Positions 30,636 to 41,629 of a stretch of DNA of 64,000 nt are shown here, piece by piece (within the stretch, counting starts at the first letter, position 1; each line of letters begins with the position of its first letter). This DNA is from Promethearchaeota archaeon (GTDB lineage Archaea; Asgardarchaeota; Lokiarchaeia; Sigyniarchaeales; SOKP01). Location: the NCBI GenBank assembly GCA_029838195.1, contig JALGVJ010000013.1, positions 33,287 through 97,286 of the forward strand, written 5' to 3'. The notes under the pieces were generated by a model. The model saw nothing but the letters and a program-made list of their open reading frames with translations. It was not told where the DNA came from and did no database searches. A program made the translations under genes and the position numbers.

Positions 30636-32756
30636 TTAAGAATCATGCGAAATAAATGAATGAGTAATAAAACGATTTAAATAATGAAAATTTTTCCAAA
30701 GATATCCATTTTCTTTTAGTTTCTCAAGATTTTGAATAAACATGTCAATTTTTTTTTTAATCTCATTTTGCAATGATGGTTCTAATAGATCATCTTTGTT
30801 AAAACTAATATAATTCAAGGGAAGATTCAAGAAATAATTCGGCTGAGAAATAAATTTTTCTAAAATATGATATTCTTTGCTCTTTTTCGAGTAAATATCT
30901 TTTAAAAAAAAATAATTGACTAAACCATTGGTTAAAACATTCAAAATTTTCAAGCAGTCTTCAAGCTTTTTTTCTCTTGTAGAATTTAACCAGTATACAT
31001 GTTTATTGCCGTGTTTAATATCATGGTTGAGTTGAGAGAGGAACTGTAATATTTTACCTAACTGGCTTAAAATGGGATGATATTCATCCGGAACAATTAA
31101 TCTTTTAAGAAAACTGCCATTAAAGCGCAAAAAATTGCCTGCCATGTGAAGGGTTCCAAAAAGAGTCTTGAACACGTGATCCATTAAATTAGAATTCATG
31201 ATTGTTTCTAACCAATAATATTGTTCCACCGTGAACGAAGGAATGATTAAAAAATAGAGTCCCGTGATATTGGTATACATTCCATCAAGATCAAATGCAC
31301 ATGTTAATTCTCGTGCGATTTCTCTAAAAATCAATTTTTTCGTGCATAATTTTTTATGGATATTCGAACATGCGGAATCATGATAAAATGCTGAAACTTT
31401 TAAATTCTTTCTCGCAATTTTTATGGGCTTATATAAATCTATATGATATTTATTTACATTTCCCGTCCCTAACACGAATAAAAAATCCCGATTACCATTT
31501 TTCCTCTTATCATTAGGTATTCCCACGGAAGATGAGCTCACGGTCTCATCGATCTCATTTAAATATTGAGCCCAATTGAGGAAACCATATGGGCGATATA
31601 TAATTTTAAGATCTTCAAAAGTTGATTCCAAGGTTTTAAAGCGGGAATAGAGAAAATGCACGAGTGAGATATTTCCATGAATGGGGATCACGTGAGAAGG
31701 AAATTTTTTAATGGTGACTTGTGGAAATTTTTGAACGATTTTTGGGCGCTTTTCTTTTATCTCCTGCTCATAATGATATTCTTGAACTATAATTTCATGG
31801 AGATCCCCTCCTTTTCTTTTATTCAATAATATAATGATGGGATAAATTGATTTTCCACGGAAAAGAGGAATGGTAGAGATATTGAATATACGTTCGATCT
31901 TAGATTCCTTTAAAATCAACTCTCTTATTTTAATCCCATAATCCGCCGCCAAGAATTTATTAGGCATGACATAACAAAGTAGCCCCGTTTTATCCTTCAT
32001 GTACTTTAAAGATCGTTCAATAAAAAGGATGGACAGATCATATAATTTATATGCAGAGTAGAATTTCTCACGCAATTGTTTTTTATATTTACCATTTTTA
32101 AGCTTTTTATTTTCCACGTATGGGGGATTTCCAATAATAAGATCAAATTGATTAGTAATAATTTCATCAAGGAGAAAATCTCCGATTGATATATTGTGTT
32201 TTATTCCAATTTGGTCAAGAAAATCCTCCCGCTTATCTAAATCTAACTCATTAAAAAAAAGTTTTTTGACCGGGATGGAATTTTGGTGTTTTTGATATAA
32301 CCATTGAATTAAATTTAATTCCGAGACAAACCGAGCAAATGGGTCCATTTCAATTCCAAATATATTATTTTCAATAATGTTTTTTTTTAATTCGAACGCC
32401 TCTCCCGTGAAATCCAGCATTTCCTGAATTTTAAATAAAACGTCCGCAACATGCAATAAAAATCTGCCAGAACCACAAGCAGGATCTAAAATTTTAACAT
32501 GTTTGATCTCTTTCATGAGATCTCTCTTTAAAGAGGGAACTTCATCTAAGATCTGTTTTAGCTCTTTAAGAGTAATTTCTCTGTCAAAAATGCATTTTGA
32601 GTGGATCTTATCAAAGATAAAGGGTTTTAATAATGCTTGGGAAACCATGAACTTTATTATAGAAGGAGGAGTAAATACCATTCCTGATTGAGAATTTAAG
32701 TTGTCATGGCTCACTTGTTCTTCAAATTTAGTAATTAGCGATTGAAGCCCATTCAT
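30636..32756 (-). CDS. DNA amino-methyltransferase (N6-adenine, Eco57I/TaqI-like gamma class)
   Basis: VFTP, ILDPACGSGRFL, FDLIIGNPPY, TaqI-C-like TRD (KKLIFREIA, MNSNLM). Confidence 0.9.
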   Translation of the reverse strand: MNGLQSLITKFEEQVSHDNLNSQSGMVFTPPSIIKFMVSQALLKPFIFDKIHSKCIFDREITLKELKQILDEVPSLKRDLMKEIKHVKILDPACGSGRFLLHVADVLFKIQEMLDFTGEAFELKKNIIENNIFGIEMDPFARFVSELNLIQWLYQKHQNSIPVKKLFFNELDLDKREDFLDQIGIKHNISIGDFLLDEIITNQFDLIIGNPPYVENKKLKNGKYKKQLREKFYSAYKLYDLSILFIERSLKYMKDKTGLLCYVMPNKFLAADYGIKIRELILKESKIERIFNISTIPLFRGKSIYPIIILLNKRKGGDLHEIIVQEYHYEQEIKEKRPKIVQKFPQVTIKKFPSHVIPIHGNISLVHFLYSRFKTLESTFEDLKIIYRPYGFLNWAQYLNEIDETVSSSSVGIPNDKRKNGNRDFLFVLGTGNVNKYHIDLYKPIKIARKNLKVSAFYHDSACSNIHKKLCTKKLIFREIARELTCAFDLDGMYTNITGLYFLIIPSFTVEQYYWLETIMNSNLMDHVFKTLFGTLHMAGNFLRFNGSFLKRLIVPDEYHPILSQLGKILQFLSQLNHDIKHGNKHVYWLNSTREKKLEDCLKILNVLTNGLVNYFFLKDIYSKKSKEYHILEKFISQPNYFLNLPLNYISFNKDDLLEPSLQNEIKKKIDMFIQNLEKLKENGYLWKNFHYLNRFITHSFISHDS

Positions 32757-32929
32757 TTTAAATTGAAATTCCTTTCAAAAGATTTATTAATGGAAAAAAC
32801 ATGCTCGCGTGCTTTATTTTTTAATAGTATTTATACTCTAATAAAACTGAGTTTTTTAATTGCGTTGATAATTAATATAAAGGTTCTTAAATATTACAAA
32901 TATAGTAGAAAAAATAGGGAAAGACGGAA

Positions 32930-33835
32930 ATGGAAAAATCATTTTTGGAAAAATTATTAAAGAATCCGGATAAGATCTCTAACTTAAAATTTGATGAGAT
33001 TTCCCCCATCATCTCAGAAGCAAAAACCATCATCCAGGAGGAAACTCTAATAATGGACCTCCAGATGAAAAATGAAGACGATATTGCTCTCGTAATCGGA
33101 GATATTCATGGAAATTTAGAATCTTTAAAAAATTTCTTGAACATGATTAAAAAAGACCAACCTGCGCACGTGATTTTTTTAGGAGATATCGTGGATAGGG
33201 GAGCTAAACAATTAGAATGCCTAATAACTGTTCTCTGCTTGAAAATTCTGGAGCCTAAACGATACGTATTTTTAAGAGGCAACCATGAAACCATTGAAAT
33301 GAACAGATACTATGGATTTTACGATGATTTTCATTATAGATTTGGAAATAAAGGTCGTTATTCTGAAATCGCTTCCTTATATGAAGTTCTTCCTATCTGT
33401 ACTATTGTAAATGAAAAAATTGCTTGCCTTCACGGAGGAATTCCTGAATATATTGATGTATTTAATGAATTAAAAGATAAAAGAGCCGTGGATCTTTTTG
33501 ATCATGAGGATTCGTCCTTAGAAGAAGCAATATATCAAATTTTATGGAATGACCCAAAAGAGGGCTTAAAGGGCTACATGGGCTCGTATAGAGGACCAGG
33601 CATAAAATTTTTTGGAGAAGATGTATTTGAAGAGTTTTTGGAAAAAAATAACTTGAATTACGTGATACGTGCACATGAATGCTTTGAAGGAGTAGGATAT
33701 AGATGGTTTTTTAATGGACGCCTTCTTTCTCTTTTTTCCTCAGAAAATTATCGAGGAGATTTTTTTCCAAATCCCGCGGGTTATGCATTAATCCAAAATA
33801 CTCAAATTTCTCCAGAAGAATTCGTGAGTTCATGA
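32930..33835 (+). CDS. PPP-family serine/threonine protein phosphatase
   Basis: GDIHG, GDIVDRG, LRGNHE, CLHGGI, LWNDP, RGPG..FG, IRAHE, SLFSSENY. Confidence 0.94.
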   Translation: MEKSFLEKLLKNPDKISNLKFDEISPIISEAKTIIQEETLIMDLQMKNEDDIALVIGDIHGNLESLKNFLNMIKKDQPAHVIFLGDIVDRGAKQLECLITVLCLKILEPKRYVFLRGNHETIEMNRYYGFYDDFHYRFGNKGRYSEIASLYEVLPICTIVNEKIACLHGGIPEYIDVFNELKDKRAVDLFDHEDSSLEEAIYQILWNDPKEGLKGYMGSYRGPGIKFFGEDVFEEFLEKNNLNYVIRAHECFEGVGYRWFFNGRLLSLFSSENYRGDFFPNPAGYALIQNTQISPEEFVSS

Positions 33836-34276
33836 AATTAGTTCTGGAAATTCTTTTATTAATTCCGGATTTTTTTTCAATTCTTCTTTCCATTGATCAT
33901 GCGGATCAATTAATGGGTCTAACCCCCATGTTTTAATAGTCTTTTCTGTTGGAACATAAATATATGCTGAAGCTTTTTTCCCATTCTTTAAAATTACGGT
34001 GATGAGAACACGTTTATAAAGTCCAGCGTCAACCCCCTCATAATAATCTAATTGTTTTAATTCTTCCTTGGATATACTAAATTTTAATGCCCAAAAAGAC
34101 GCCCCTTTTTTTTCTAACACAAAAGGATACCAATTTCCTTCAGGTAAGATTCTCACATGATCTTTTACCAAACAAGGTTCTACATTCTTCTTATTTTTCC
34201 ACAGTCCTTTCGTGAGAAACGTTCCATACCCGACCACTGAAACTAAATCATCGTTATCATTATCTACCGAATTCAT
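33830..34276 (-). CDS. Gamma-glutamylcyclotransferase (AIG2-like) family protein
   Basis: GYGT, LDYYEGV..GLYKR, AYIYV. Confidence 0.88.
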   Translation of the reverse strand: MNSVDNDNDDLVSVVGYGTFLTKGLWKNKKNVEPCLVKDHVRILPEGNWYPFVLEKKGASFWALKFSISKEELKQLDYYEGVDAGLYKRVLITVILKNGKKASAYIYVPTEKTIKTWGLDPLIDPHDQWKEELKKNPELIKEFPELIS

Positions 34277-34509
34277 TTTTACTCTTTTAGTGTAATTATC
34301 TTCTTTGTTTTTAAATTTTAATGGGAACTATTATTGATTGTACCTGTTTTCCCATTTAAAATAATTTAAGAATACAATTCAGAATAAAATAATTTATCAT
34401 TAATCTATTTATAATTATTCTTCATGATCGTATCTAATAACTTCTCCACTAAATTAGCTTCTTGAATTAACCGAATTTTTATTTAACATAATATACTATA
34501 TTTTATCCA

Positions 34510-36471
34510 ATGAATGGGAAAGAACCCTCTTCTTTTCTACAAAAAGCAATTAGTCAAATTTTTACTCCCCCTCAAGTTGCCGATTTCATGGTAAAGAATA
34601 GTTTAAAGTATTTATCCCGCGTTAAAGATGCCCCGACCTTTAGTACGTTAGATCCTTGTGCTGGAAAAGGCGTTTTTCTGAAATCATTGTTAAATCATGG
34701 TATAACCAATATTGTTGCTTATGAAATCGATTCTGCTTTGAAACCTCATTTAATAAAGCATTTTCCGCAAGTTGACCTTAGATTTGAAAACGTTTTTAGT
34801 TCAGATTTAAAAGAAAAACATGATTTGATAATTGGAAATCCTCCTTATTTAGGGCAAAACTATAATGCATCCTTATTTCGTGATTATATTAGTCAATTTC
34901 CTTTTTGTAAAAAATTTTTCGCGGGAAATATGGATTTTCATTACTTTTTCATCCACCTCGGAATTGAAAAGCTCAAGCCTGGAGGTATTTTGTCGTTCAT
35001 CACGACTAATTATTGGATATACAAATCCAGAGGCACTGGAATTAAACTTTTAAAGCCGCACGTGTTAGAAGAATGTTTTTTATTGGAATATGTTGATTTG
35101 TCCCCCCTAAAAATATTTAAAAATGCAAAGGGTCACCATGATTGTATCTTTTTTTTACAAAAAAAGACACCAAAACAAAAACAACGGCATTCAAATAAAA
35201 AAATTAAAATCATTCAAATTAGGCCAAAATTAGATCCCGCTCTTACTGATGAAGAATATAATGATCAAGTTTTTTATGGATTGAATTCTGGAGAAGAATT
35301 GCAAAACATCTTAAAATATGAGTCCGCACTCACCAACAAGGATTTAAAAAGCGATGGCGTGTGGAATTTAACGTATCCTTTAGAAGTAAAACGAGTAATT
35401 GAACAAATTGAAAAAAAGTGTTATAAAAACGGTAAACCCTTTTTATTAAAAGATCTCTTTATCATCCGTAATGGCTTGATTTTCATTAAAGATGAGATTT
35501 TTATCTTAGAATTAAATAAAAACTTAAAAATTCAAAAAGATGAGATCTTCATAAAAATTAACGATGATTTCGTGAAAATTAATGAACGTGAAAAAGAAAG
35601 ATTAAAACCCCTCTATAAAAGTAAATGTATTCGACCCCTTGGTCATATTCTCGATAAAGAAGGACTACAATTTGCTATTTTTCTTAATAAGCTTGAATAT
35701 ACTAGAAAAGACCCAAACAAGAGAAATGAATATTTTAAAAAAACGTACCCGAACTTAACGAGATATTTGGAACAGTTTAAACCCGAGTTAGAATCCATCT
35801 TACGCAACGCAAAAGAAAATCCTAAAAATATTTACTTTCCTAGAAGAGGTGCTCACGTGAAAAATTTGAATCCAAGCGATAATCGCACGCTTAGCGACTT
35901 AGAACCCTTTTATGAACACGGAAAAAAAATCTTTATCAAATACATCACGGATACGAATATTTTTGGCTATTCTTCTAAATGTTATTATGCCACCTCTGAT
36001 ACTTATTTTCTTTGGCCTAAAATTCCGGAATCCAAGATAAATTACCCTTTCACGTTAGCTTATCTAAATTCTAAACTAATACATTTCATGTTTAAAGCAA
36101 AAAATATCGTGATTAAACGCTCTAAAACCAAATTAGAAGATGAGCTACCTATTTTAAATCTCGATAATTTCAAGTCAGAAAACCAAAAACAAATTCTGTC
36201 CACAATCGAATTGCTCGCTTCACGATTAATGGATGACAATGATTCAAGGGGACTTCCCTCCTCTATGCCTTCACGAGAACTAATAAAATGGCTTGCGAAT
36301 TTTCTTAACGACAGCAAGAATGAAGTCATTCTCACTCATGATGAGATCGAACTTTTTATAATGCGCAAAAACGAGAATAAACTTAGAAAAATTATTGATC
36401 GCCTTATTTTTGCATTCTTTGAAATAGAGGAGAAAAACATTGATTATTTACTCTCTAAATATTATAACTAA
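34510..36471 (+). CDS. DNA amino-methyltransferase (N6-adenine, Eco57I/TaqI-like gamma class)
   Basis: QIFTP, LDPCAGKGVFL, DLIIGNPPY, LKPGGILSFIT, LAYLNSKL. Confidence 0.9.
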   Translation: MNGKEPSSFLQKAISQIFTPPQVADFMVKNSLKYLSRVKDAPTFSTLDPCAGKGVFLKSLLNHGITNIVAYEIDSALKPHLIKHFPQVDLRFENVFSSDLKEKHDLIIGNPPYLGQNYNASLFRDYISQFPFCKKFFAGNMDFHYFFIHLGIEKLKPGGILSFITTNYWIYKSRGTGIKLLKPHVLEECFLLEYVDLSPLKIFKNAKGHHDCIFFLQKKTPKQKQRHSNKKIKIIQIRPKLDPALTDEEYNDQVFYGLNSGEELQNILKYESALTNKDLKSDGVWNLTYPLEVKRVIEQIEKKCYKNGKPFLLKDLFIIRNGLIFIKDEIFILELNKNLKIQKDEIFIKINDDFVKINEREKERLKPLYKSKCIRPLGHILDKEGLQFAIFLNKLEYTRKDPNKRNEYFKKTYPNLTRYLEQFKPELESILRNAKENPKNIYFPRRGAHVKNLNPSDNRTLSDLEPFYEHGKKIFIKYITDTNIFGYSSKCYYATSDTYFLWPKIPESKINYPFTLAYLNSKLIHFMFKAKNIVIKRSKTKLEDELPILNLDNFKSENQKQILSTIELLASRLMDDNDSRGLPSSMPSRELIKWLANFLNDSKNEVILTHDEIELFIMRKNENKLRKIIDRLIFAFFEIEEKNIDYLLSKYYN

Positions 36472-36539
36472 TCATGCCCTTTTCCCCTTAATTTTTTTTA
36501 GAAGCAATAATTTTAAAAATAAATTCTTAGAGGTGTATC

Positions 36540-37601
36540 ATCTTATCATTTCCAGAATTTGATGACGTGGGTAGCTTCCCTCTCCCTACGTATATTGATA
36601 AAGAGACCTTCAATCAATTTTATTGGGTTGCTTATGAAGCTATGTTAAATAAATCGGATATTTTTAATCATCGAGGAATTTATAACTATTACATCCATCC
36701 TTTATTACAATCTTTTCAATTAAAATATAATGCCGGCGTAGAAATTATCAATTATCCACAGCACGTTAACATGTATACCCAATTCTTAAAACCCATTAAA
36801 GAATATGAAATAGAACCGAATCTGATAGACCCGCAAAAAGCACTAATAACAGAAATGCTTGTATTAAAACATTTCGCCAAAGAATTACATGAGAGGACCC
36901 AAAATGTTCTACGGGTAAAAGTTTGCATTACCGGCCCAATTGAACTATACATAAAAACGAGTGGATTTACCATTTATTCTGACTTAGCACTAAATTTCTC
37001 AAAATCGATTAATTCCTTCCTCAAAAACGGAATTCTAAATAATAAATATATGAAAACGGAAATTGTTTCTATTGACGAGCCCTCTCTAGGATATATCGAA
37101 CTTTTTGGCATATCGGACGATGATTTAATCCAAATTTATGATAAATCCGTTGAACAACTCCCAACTATTAATCAAATTCACCTTCACTCTTTAAATCGAG
37201 CAGATTTAGCTTTAAACTCGAAAAATATCGACGTGCTTACTTGTGAATATGCATCGGATAATAATAATGAGATCCCTAAAAAGGACTTGGATGTTCACGA
37301 TAAATACATCCGTGTAGGCATTACTAGAACTAACATTGATTCCATCATGGCAGAAGCCCTGGATGCCGGCATTCCTCATGAACAACTTAAGACATTTGAG
37401 GGCGCCATGAGTTTAATTGATCCCAAAGACTCTATTAGAAAAAATCTCTTGCACGCCCTCAAGCATTACGGAGATCGCCTAAAATATGTAGGTCCTGATT
37501 GTGGTCTTTCAGGTTGGCCTTATCCTCAAGTAGCTCACGAGTTATTGCACCGGACATATGAAGTAATTCAAGAAGTAAAAAAGGACACTAAAAATAATTA
37601 A
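36540..37601 (+). CDS. Cobalamin-independent methionine synthase catalytic-domain-like protein (archaeal short MetE type)
   Basis: FDDVGSFP N-terminal motif, TGP, SIDEPS, IHLH, VGPDCGL; start uncertain (36540 ATC, 36543 TTA or 36567 GTG). Confidence 0.8.
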   Translation: MLSFPEFDDVGSFPLPTYIDKETFNQFYWVAYEAMLNKSDIFNHRGIYNYYIHPLLQSFQLKYNAGVEIINYPQHVNMYTQFLKPIKEYEIEPNLIDPQKALITEMLVLKHFAKELHERTQNVLRVKVCITGPIELYIKTSGFTIYSDLALNFSKSINSFLKNGILNNKYMKTEIVSIDEPSLGYIELFGISDDDLIQIYDKSVEQLPTINQIHLHSLNRADLALNSKNIDVLTCEYASDNNNEIPKKDLDVHDKYIRVGITRTNIDSIMAEALDAGIPHEQLKTFEGAMSLIDPKDSIRKNLLHALKHYGDRLKYVGPDCGLSGWPYPQVAHELLHRTYEVIQEVKKDTKNN

Positions 37602-37710
37602 GTTTCAACTCATCCTCTCTTCTATTATAGAGAAAAGGAAAAAATAGTTCCTTTTTAATATAAATTAATAGAAATCTTTTTATAATTGAAAAACCATAAT
37701 TAACATGGGT

Positions 37711-37731
37711 TTGTCAAGAATAAATTTACAA
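37711..37731. promoter_or_regulatory. Imperfect inverted repeat upstream of hsp20-cdc48, candidate heat-shock repressor operator
   Basis: TTGTCAA-N7-TTTACAA (1 mismatch), about 40 bp before the hsp20 start. Confidence 0.3.
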
Positions 37732-37770
37732 TCTCTAATTTAAATCACTTGAAAAATAAAAATAAAACTC

Positions 37771-38397
37771 GTGATGAGAATGGACGAATGGGATGATGAT
37801 TATCAAGATCTTTATGAAAAAATAAAGGAATTCTTTAAAGATAATCCGAAAATTTTTGATTTAGATTTTTTAATCTTCATGGGCCCAGATCCAAATTTTG
37901 ATAAAAAAAATAGGAAGCCTAAATCATTTAAAATTCATTACCATTTTGAACCGGGCATGAAAGCTCCGGAAGTTAAAATTGATGGAAACATGGATAAAAA
38001 GCACTTGAATGAATATATGAAACATTTAAGGTTCAATTTTCCTTTTAATCCAAAGTTCAAACCTCAGAAAAAATTCAAATCAAAAGGACCTTTAGATGCA
38101 AATCAATTGAGTTTCGAACCTATCACGATTAATGAGGTAGAGAAAGAAGTTCAAGAACCTCGATTGGAAATTTGTAAAGCTCCTGATTGCCTGAAGCTCG
38201 TGTTTGAAGCACCTGGTATTGAAAAAAATGATATTATCTTGAGCATGAGTGATGATGGTGAGATCTTGAATTTTTCTGCGGAAGGACCACATCGGAGATA
38301 TTTTAAACATGTACACCTTCCCGAAAAATGCGCTCTAAAGGGATACGATATCGATGTTAATAATGGTCTGGTCATTTTAACCGTGAAAAAAAAATAA
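37771..38397 (+). CDS. hsp20: Small heat-shock protein (Hsp20/alpha-crystallin, archaeal type)
   Basis: C-terminal EP..EI, EAPGIEKNDI, RRYFKHVHLP, NNGLVILTVKK. Confidence 0.85.
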   Translation: MMRMDEWDDDYQDLYEKIKEFFKDNPKIFDLDFLIFMGPDPNFDKKNRKPKSFKIHYHFEPGMKAPEVKIDGNMDKKHLNEYMKHLRFNFPFNPKFKPQKKFKSKGPLDANQLSFEPITINEVEKEVQEPRLEICKAPDCLKLVFEAPGIEKNDIILSMSDDGEILNFSAEGPHRRYFKHVHLPEKCALKGYDIDVNNGLVILTVKKK

Positions 38398-38485
38398 AGG
38401 GTACACGTTTATATTTTTATAAATTTTTTACCATGATCGTAATTATTTTAATACATGATAAGCATCACATGAAAATGAATGAAAT

Positions 38486-40708
38486 ATGAGTTTCGCAAAA
38501 GAATTTAAGGGAAAAAACTATAAAATTCGGGTAAAGGACGCTTTCAAGGAAGATGCGGGCAGGGGTATCGTGCGGTTAGATCCGCATATCGAGGAAGAGT
38601 TAAGATTACGCACGGGCGACGTAATTGAAATTTCTCATCCCGTTTTGAACAAGAGAACCGCCGCACTTCTGTATCCTGGCCGTGAAGAGGATCGCGGAGC
38701 AAATATCATCAGAATGGATCCCTCCCTTCGCCGCAATTTGAATGTTTCTGTAGATGATATCGTGGAAATCCGTAAAATTGAAGCTGCTCTGGCAAAAAAA
38801 GTTACGTTTGCCGGATTAGAAGAGGCTGTAATCCTTAGAAATTCACAACAATTAGCCAGAAAACTGGAAAATAGGGTGATTACTAAAGAAGATATCCTTA
38901 GCTTTTACGCAATGGGGCGTCGCGTCGACCTCGTGGTCGTAGACTACACTCCTCGAGCCGATGCCGTGCGCATTCATATTGACACGAAAATCATATTGTC
39001 CGAAAAGAGCCATAAGGAACTTAAAGAATTAGAGAAGAGCAGAGTGACGTATGAAGATATAGGTGGTTTAGCGGATGAAATTCAAAAAATCCGTGAAATG
39101 ATCGAATTGCCGATTCGGCACCCCGAACTCTTCAAGCGCATCGGAATTGATCCCCCTAAAGGCGTGTTGCTCCATGGCCCTCCAGGAACAGGTAAAACTT
39201 TATTAGCACGGGCTGTTGCCTATGAAACGGAAGCTCATTTTATCACGATCAGCGGGCCGGAGATCATGAGTAAGTTCTATGGCCAGAGCGAAGAGAACTT
39301 GCGAAAGGTCTTCAATGAGGCAAAAGAAATGGCTCCATCAATAATTTTTATCGATGAATTGGATTCAATCGCACCAAAAAGAGGAGAGGTCACGGGGGAA
39401 GTGGAGCGGAGAGTTGTTGCTCAACTTTTAAGCTTAATGGATGGTTTAGAAGGACGGGGCGAGATAATCGTCATAGGAGCGACGAATCGAGTGAATGACA
39501 TCGACCCCGCCTTGCGACGCCCTGGACGATTCGACCGGGAGATTGAGATCGGGGTTCCTGACACGGATGGCCGCTTTGAAATCTTACAAATTCACACTCG
39601 CGGCATGCCTTTATATCATAATGTAGATTTGAGACTCATTGCGGAAAAAACTCATGGGTTTGTTGGGGCGGATATTGAAGCATTAGCAAAAGAGGCGGCA
39701 ATGCTTGCTATTAGAGAATTGTTGCCACAGATTAATCTCGATAAGCCCATCCCCATAGAAATATTATCTGACTTGCAAATCAAAATGGAGCATTTTCAGG
39801 CAGCTCTCACGAGTATTGAACCTTCTGCCTTGCGAGAAGTTCTAATAACGCAGCCCACGGAAACGTGGGACGATGTGGGAGGGTTAGATCACGCCAAACA
39901 ACAATTACAAGAAGTGATTGAATGGCCCTTGAAGTATCCAGAACTGTATCGGCACTTGAATTCTAAACCGCCGAGCGGAATTTTGCTCCATGGCCCCCCC
40001 GGAACGGGAAAAACTCTCATTGCCAAAGCTTTAGCTCATGAAAGTGAAGTAAACTTCATATCCGTTAAAGGACCGGAATTTCTATCCAAATGGGTAGGAG
40101 AAAGCGAGAAAGCCGTGCGAGAAACCTTTAGAAAAGCAAGATCTGCAGCCCCTTGTATCATTTTCTTTGATGAAATTGATGCTATTGCGGGAATGAGAGG
40201 CCGATTTGCCAGTTCTCAAGTCACTGAACAAGTGGTATCTCAATTGTTAACAGAAATGGATGGCTTAGAAGGATTAAAAGACGTTATATTAATCGCTGCA
40301 ACTAACCGCGCTGACATGCTGGACCCCGCATTATTGAGATCAGGACGATTTGGAAGGCATATTGAGATCCCCATGCCTAACTTAGAAGCTCGAAAAGAGA
40401 TCTTCAAAATTCACCTGAGAAATAAGCCCTTGGCTGACGATGTAAATATCGACAAAATGGCAGAAAAATTGGATGGATACACCGGAGCCGATATTGCGGC
40501 TATCTGTGAAGAAGCCACTCTGCTTACGATTCGCAAGGCTATAATGGACTCTAGTATGAATCCGCATGATGATAAATCCGTAAAAACCGTGAAAATTTCG
40601 AAGAAAGAATTTGATGCAGCTATTGAGAAAATATTAAAGTCTGCCAACAGGGCACAAGAAGCATACAAGAGGGATTTGAAGGAGCCCTCAGAAGAATTAT
40701 ACAGGTAA
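38486..40708 (+). CDS. cdc48: CDC48/VCP/p97 family AAA+ ATPase
   Basis: [11 protein letters not shown]-domain, two AAA modules (GPPGTGKT twice; IFIDELD and IFFDEID; [11 protein letters not shown]). Confidence 0.97.
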   Translation: MSFAKEFKGKNYKIRVKDAFKEDAGRGIVRLDPHIEEELRLRTGDVIEISHPVLNKRTAALLYPGREEDRGANIIRMDPSLRRNLNVSVDDIVEIRKIEAALAKKVTFAGLEEAVILRNSQQLARKLENRVITKEDILSFYAMGRRVDLVVVDYTPRADAVRIHIDTKIILSEKSHKELKELEKSRVTYEDIGGLADEIQKIREMIELPIRHPELFKRIGIDPPKGVLLHGPPGTGKTLLARAVAYETEAHFITISGPEIMSKFYGQSEENLRKVFNEAKEMAPSIIFIDELDSIAPKRGEVTGEVERRVVAQLLSLMDGLEGRGEIIVIGATNRVNDIDPALRRPGRFDREIEIGVPDTDGRFEILQIHTRGMPLYHNVDLRLIAEKTHGFVGADIEALAKEAAMLAIRELLPQINLDKPIPIEILSDLQIKMEHFQAALTSIEPSALREVLITQPTETWDDVGGLDHAKQQLQEVIEWPLKYPELYRHLNSKPPSGILLHGPPGTGKTLIAKALAHESEVNFISVKGPEFLSKWVGESEKAVRETFRKARSAAPCIIFFDEIDAIAGMRGRFASSQVTEQVVSQLLTEMDGLEGLKDVILIAATNRADMLDPALLRSGRFGRHIEIPMPNLEARKEIFKIHLRNKPLADDVNIDKMAEKLDGYTGADIAAICEEATLLTIRKAIMDSSMNPHDDKSVKTVKISKKEFDAAIEKILKSANRAQEAYKRDLKEPSEELYR

Positions 40709-40787
40709 GGGAATTTTTTCTTTGGCACCCTCCTGTATTATAATCTCTAATTAATATAAAAACCAATGAAAAAAACGAGGTAAAAGA

Positions 40788-41573
40788 ATGGAAATAGAAA
40801 AACAAGCTAAAAAAGAAATTAAATTGAATTTGGATACTTTATTAGAAATTCTGGGAAATCCAACCCGACGAGCCATATTAGCCAAGCTCGCAAAAGTACC
40901 TCATTCGACCTCTGAACTCGCTCGCTCTCTTAAAATCTCTCGTCAAGCAACTCATTCTCAATTAGATATATTAGAAAATTATGGCCTTATAGAAAAAATT
41001 GAAACCGAAAAAAGAGGGAGCAAATATAAGATTAAATCAAACATTAACGTTAGAATTGATATTTCACCCGATTATTACAATATCAATTATAATTTTTCTT
41101 TCCCTCTTAACAATAATGACTCTCGATATCGAAAAAAAATTGGATTCCCTCCTGATTATAATAAATTAAAAAAACCAGGAGACAAGATTAAAGTTTTAGC
41201 CAAAAAAATAAAAGACTTGGAAACCAACTTGGAAAAAATAGAAAAAGAGCGGCAGGATATGGTTCATTTTAAGCAATGCCTGATTTCCGAATTGAAAAAC
41301 GTCATTGAAATGACGTATGATACTAAGTATTTCAGAAATGACCCTGAATTTGACAACTTGGAGAAAGAAATTGCTCTTTCCTTATTCTTTAATCCAAAAC
41401 GATATTTCGATGAAATTAATATCGATGAACTCCTGGAAGATGTCTTTTTCACGGAAATGGATAAGATACGCAAGGAACAGAGCAATGTTTTGATTAGACA
41501 TTTATTAAGAGACTTGTCTCGGTTCATTGATTTCCTCTATGAAGAAGATGATTCGTGGTTTTTCAGGCTTTAA
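40788..41573 (+). CDS. ArsR-like wHTH plus coiled-coil regulator (archaeal heat-shock regulator Phr/HSR1-like)
   Basis: LLEILGNPTRRAILAKL..P...SELAR.L.ISRQA..SQL..LE..GLI, then coiled coil; adjacent to hsp20-cdc48. Confidence 0.8.
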   Translation: MEIEKQAKKEIKLNLDTLLEILGNPTRRAILAKLAKVPHSTSELARSLKISRQATHSQLDILENYGLIEKIETEKRGSKYKIKSNINVRIDISPDYYNINYNFSFPLNNNDSRYRKKIGFPPDYNKLKKPGDKIKVLAKKIKDLETNLEKIEKERQDMVHFKQCLISELKNVIEMTYDTKYFRNDPEFDNLEKEIALSLFFNPKRYFDEINIDELLEDVFFTEMDKIRKEQSNVLIRHLLRDLSRFIDFLYEEDDSWFFRL

Positions 41574-41629
41574 GGAAATCAACTATTTTTTCATTTTATA
41601 TATTATGAATATAAAAAGAGGGGTAAAAA

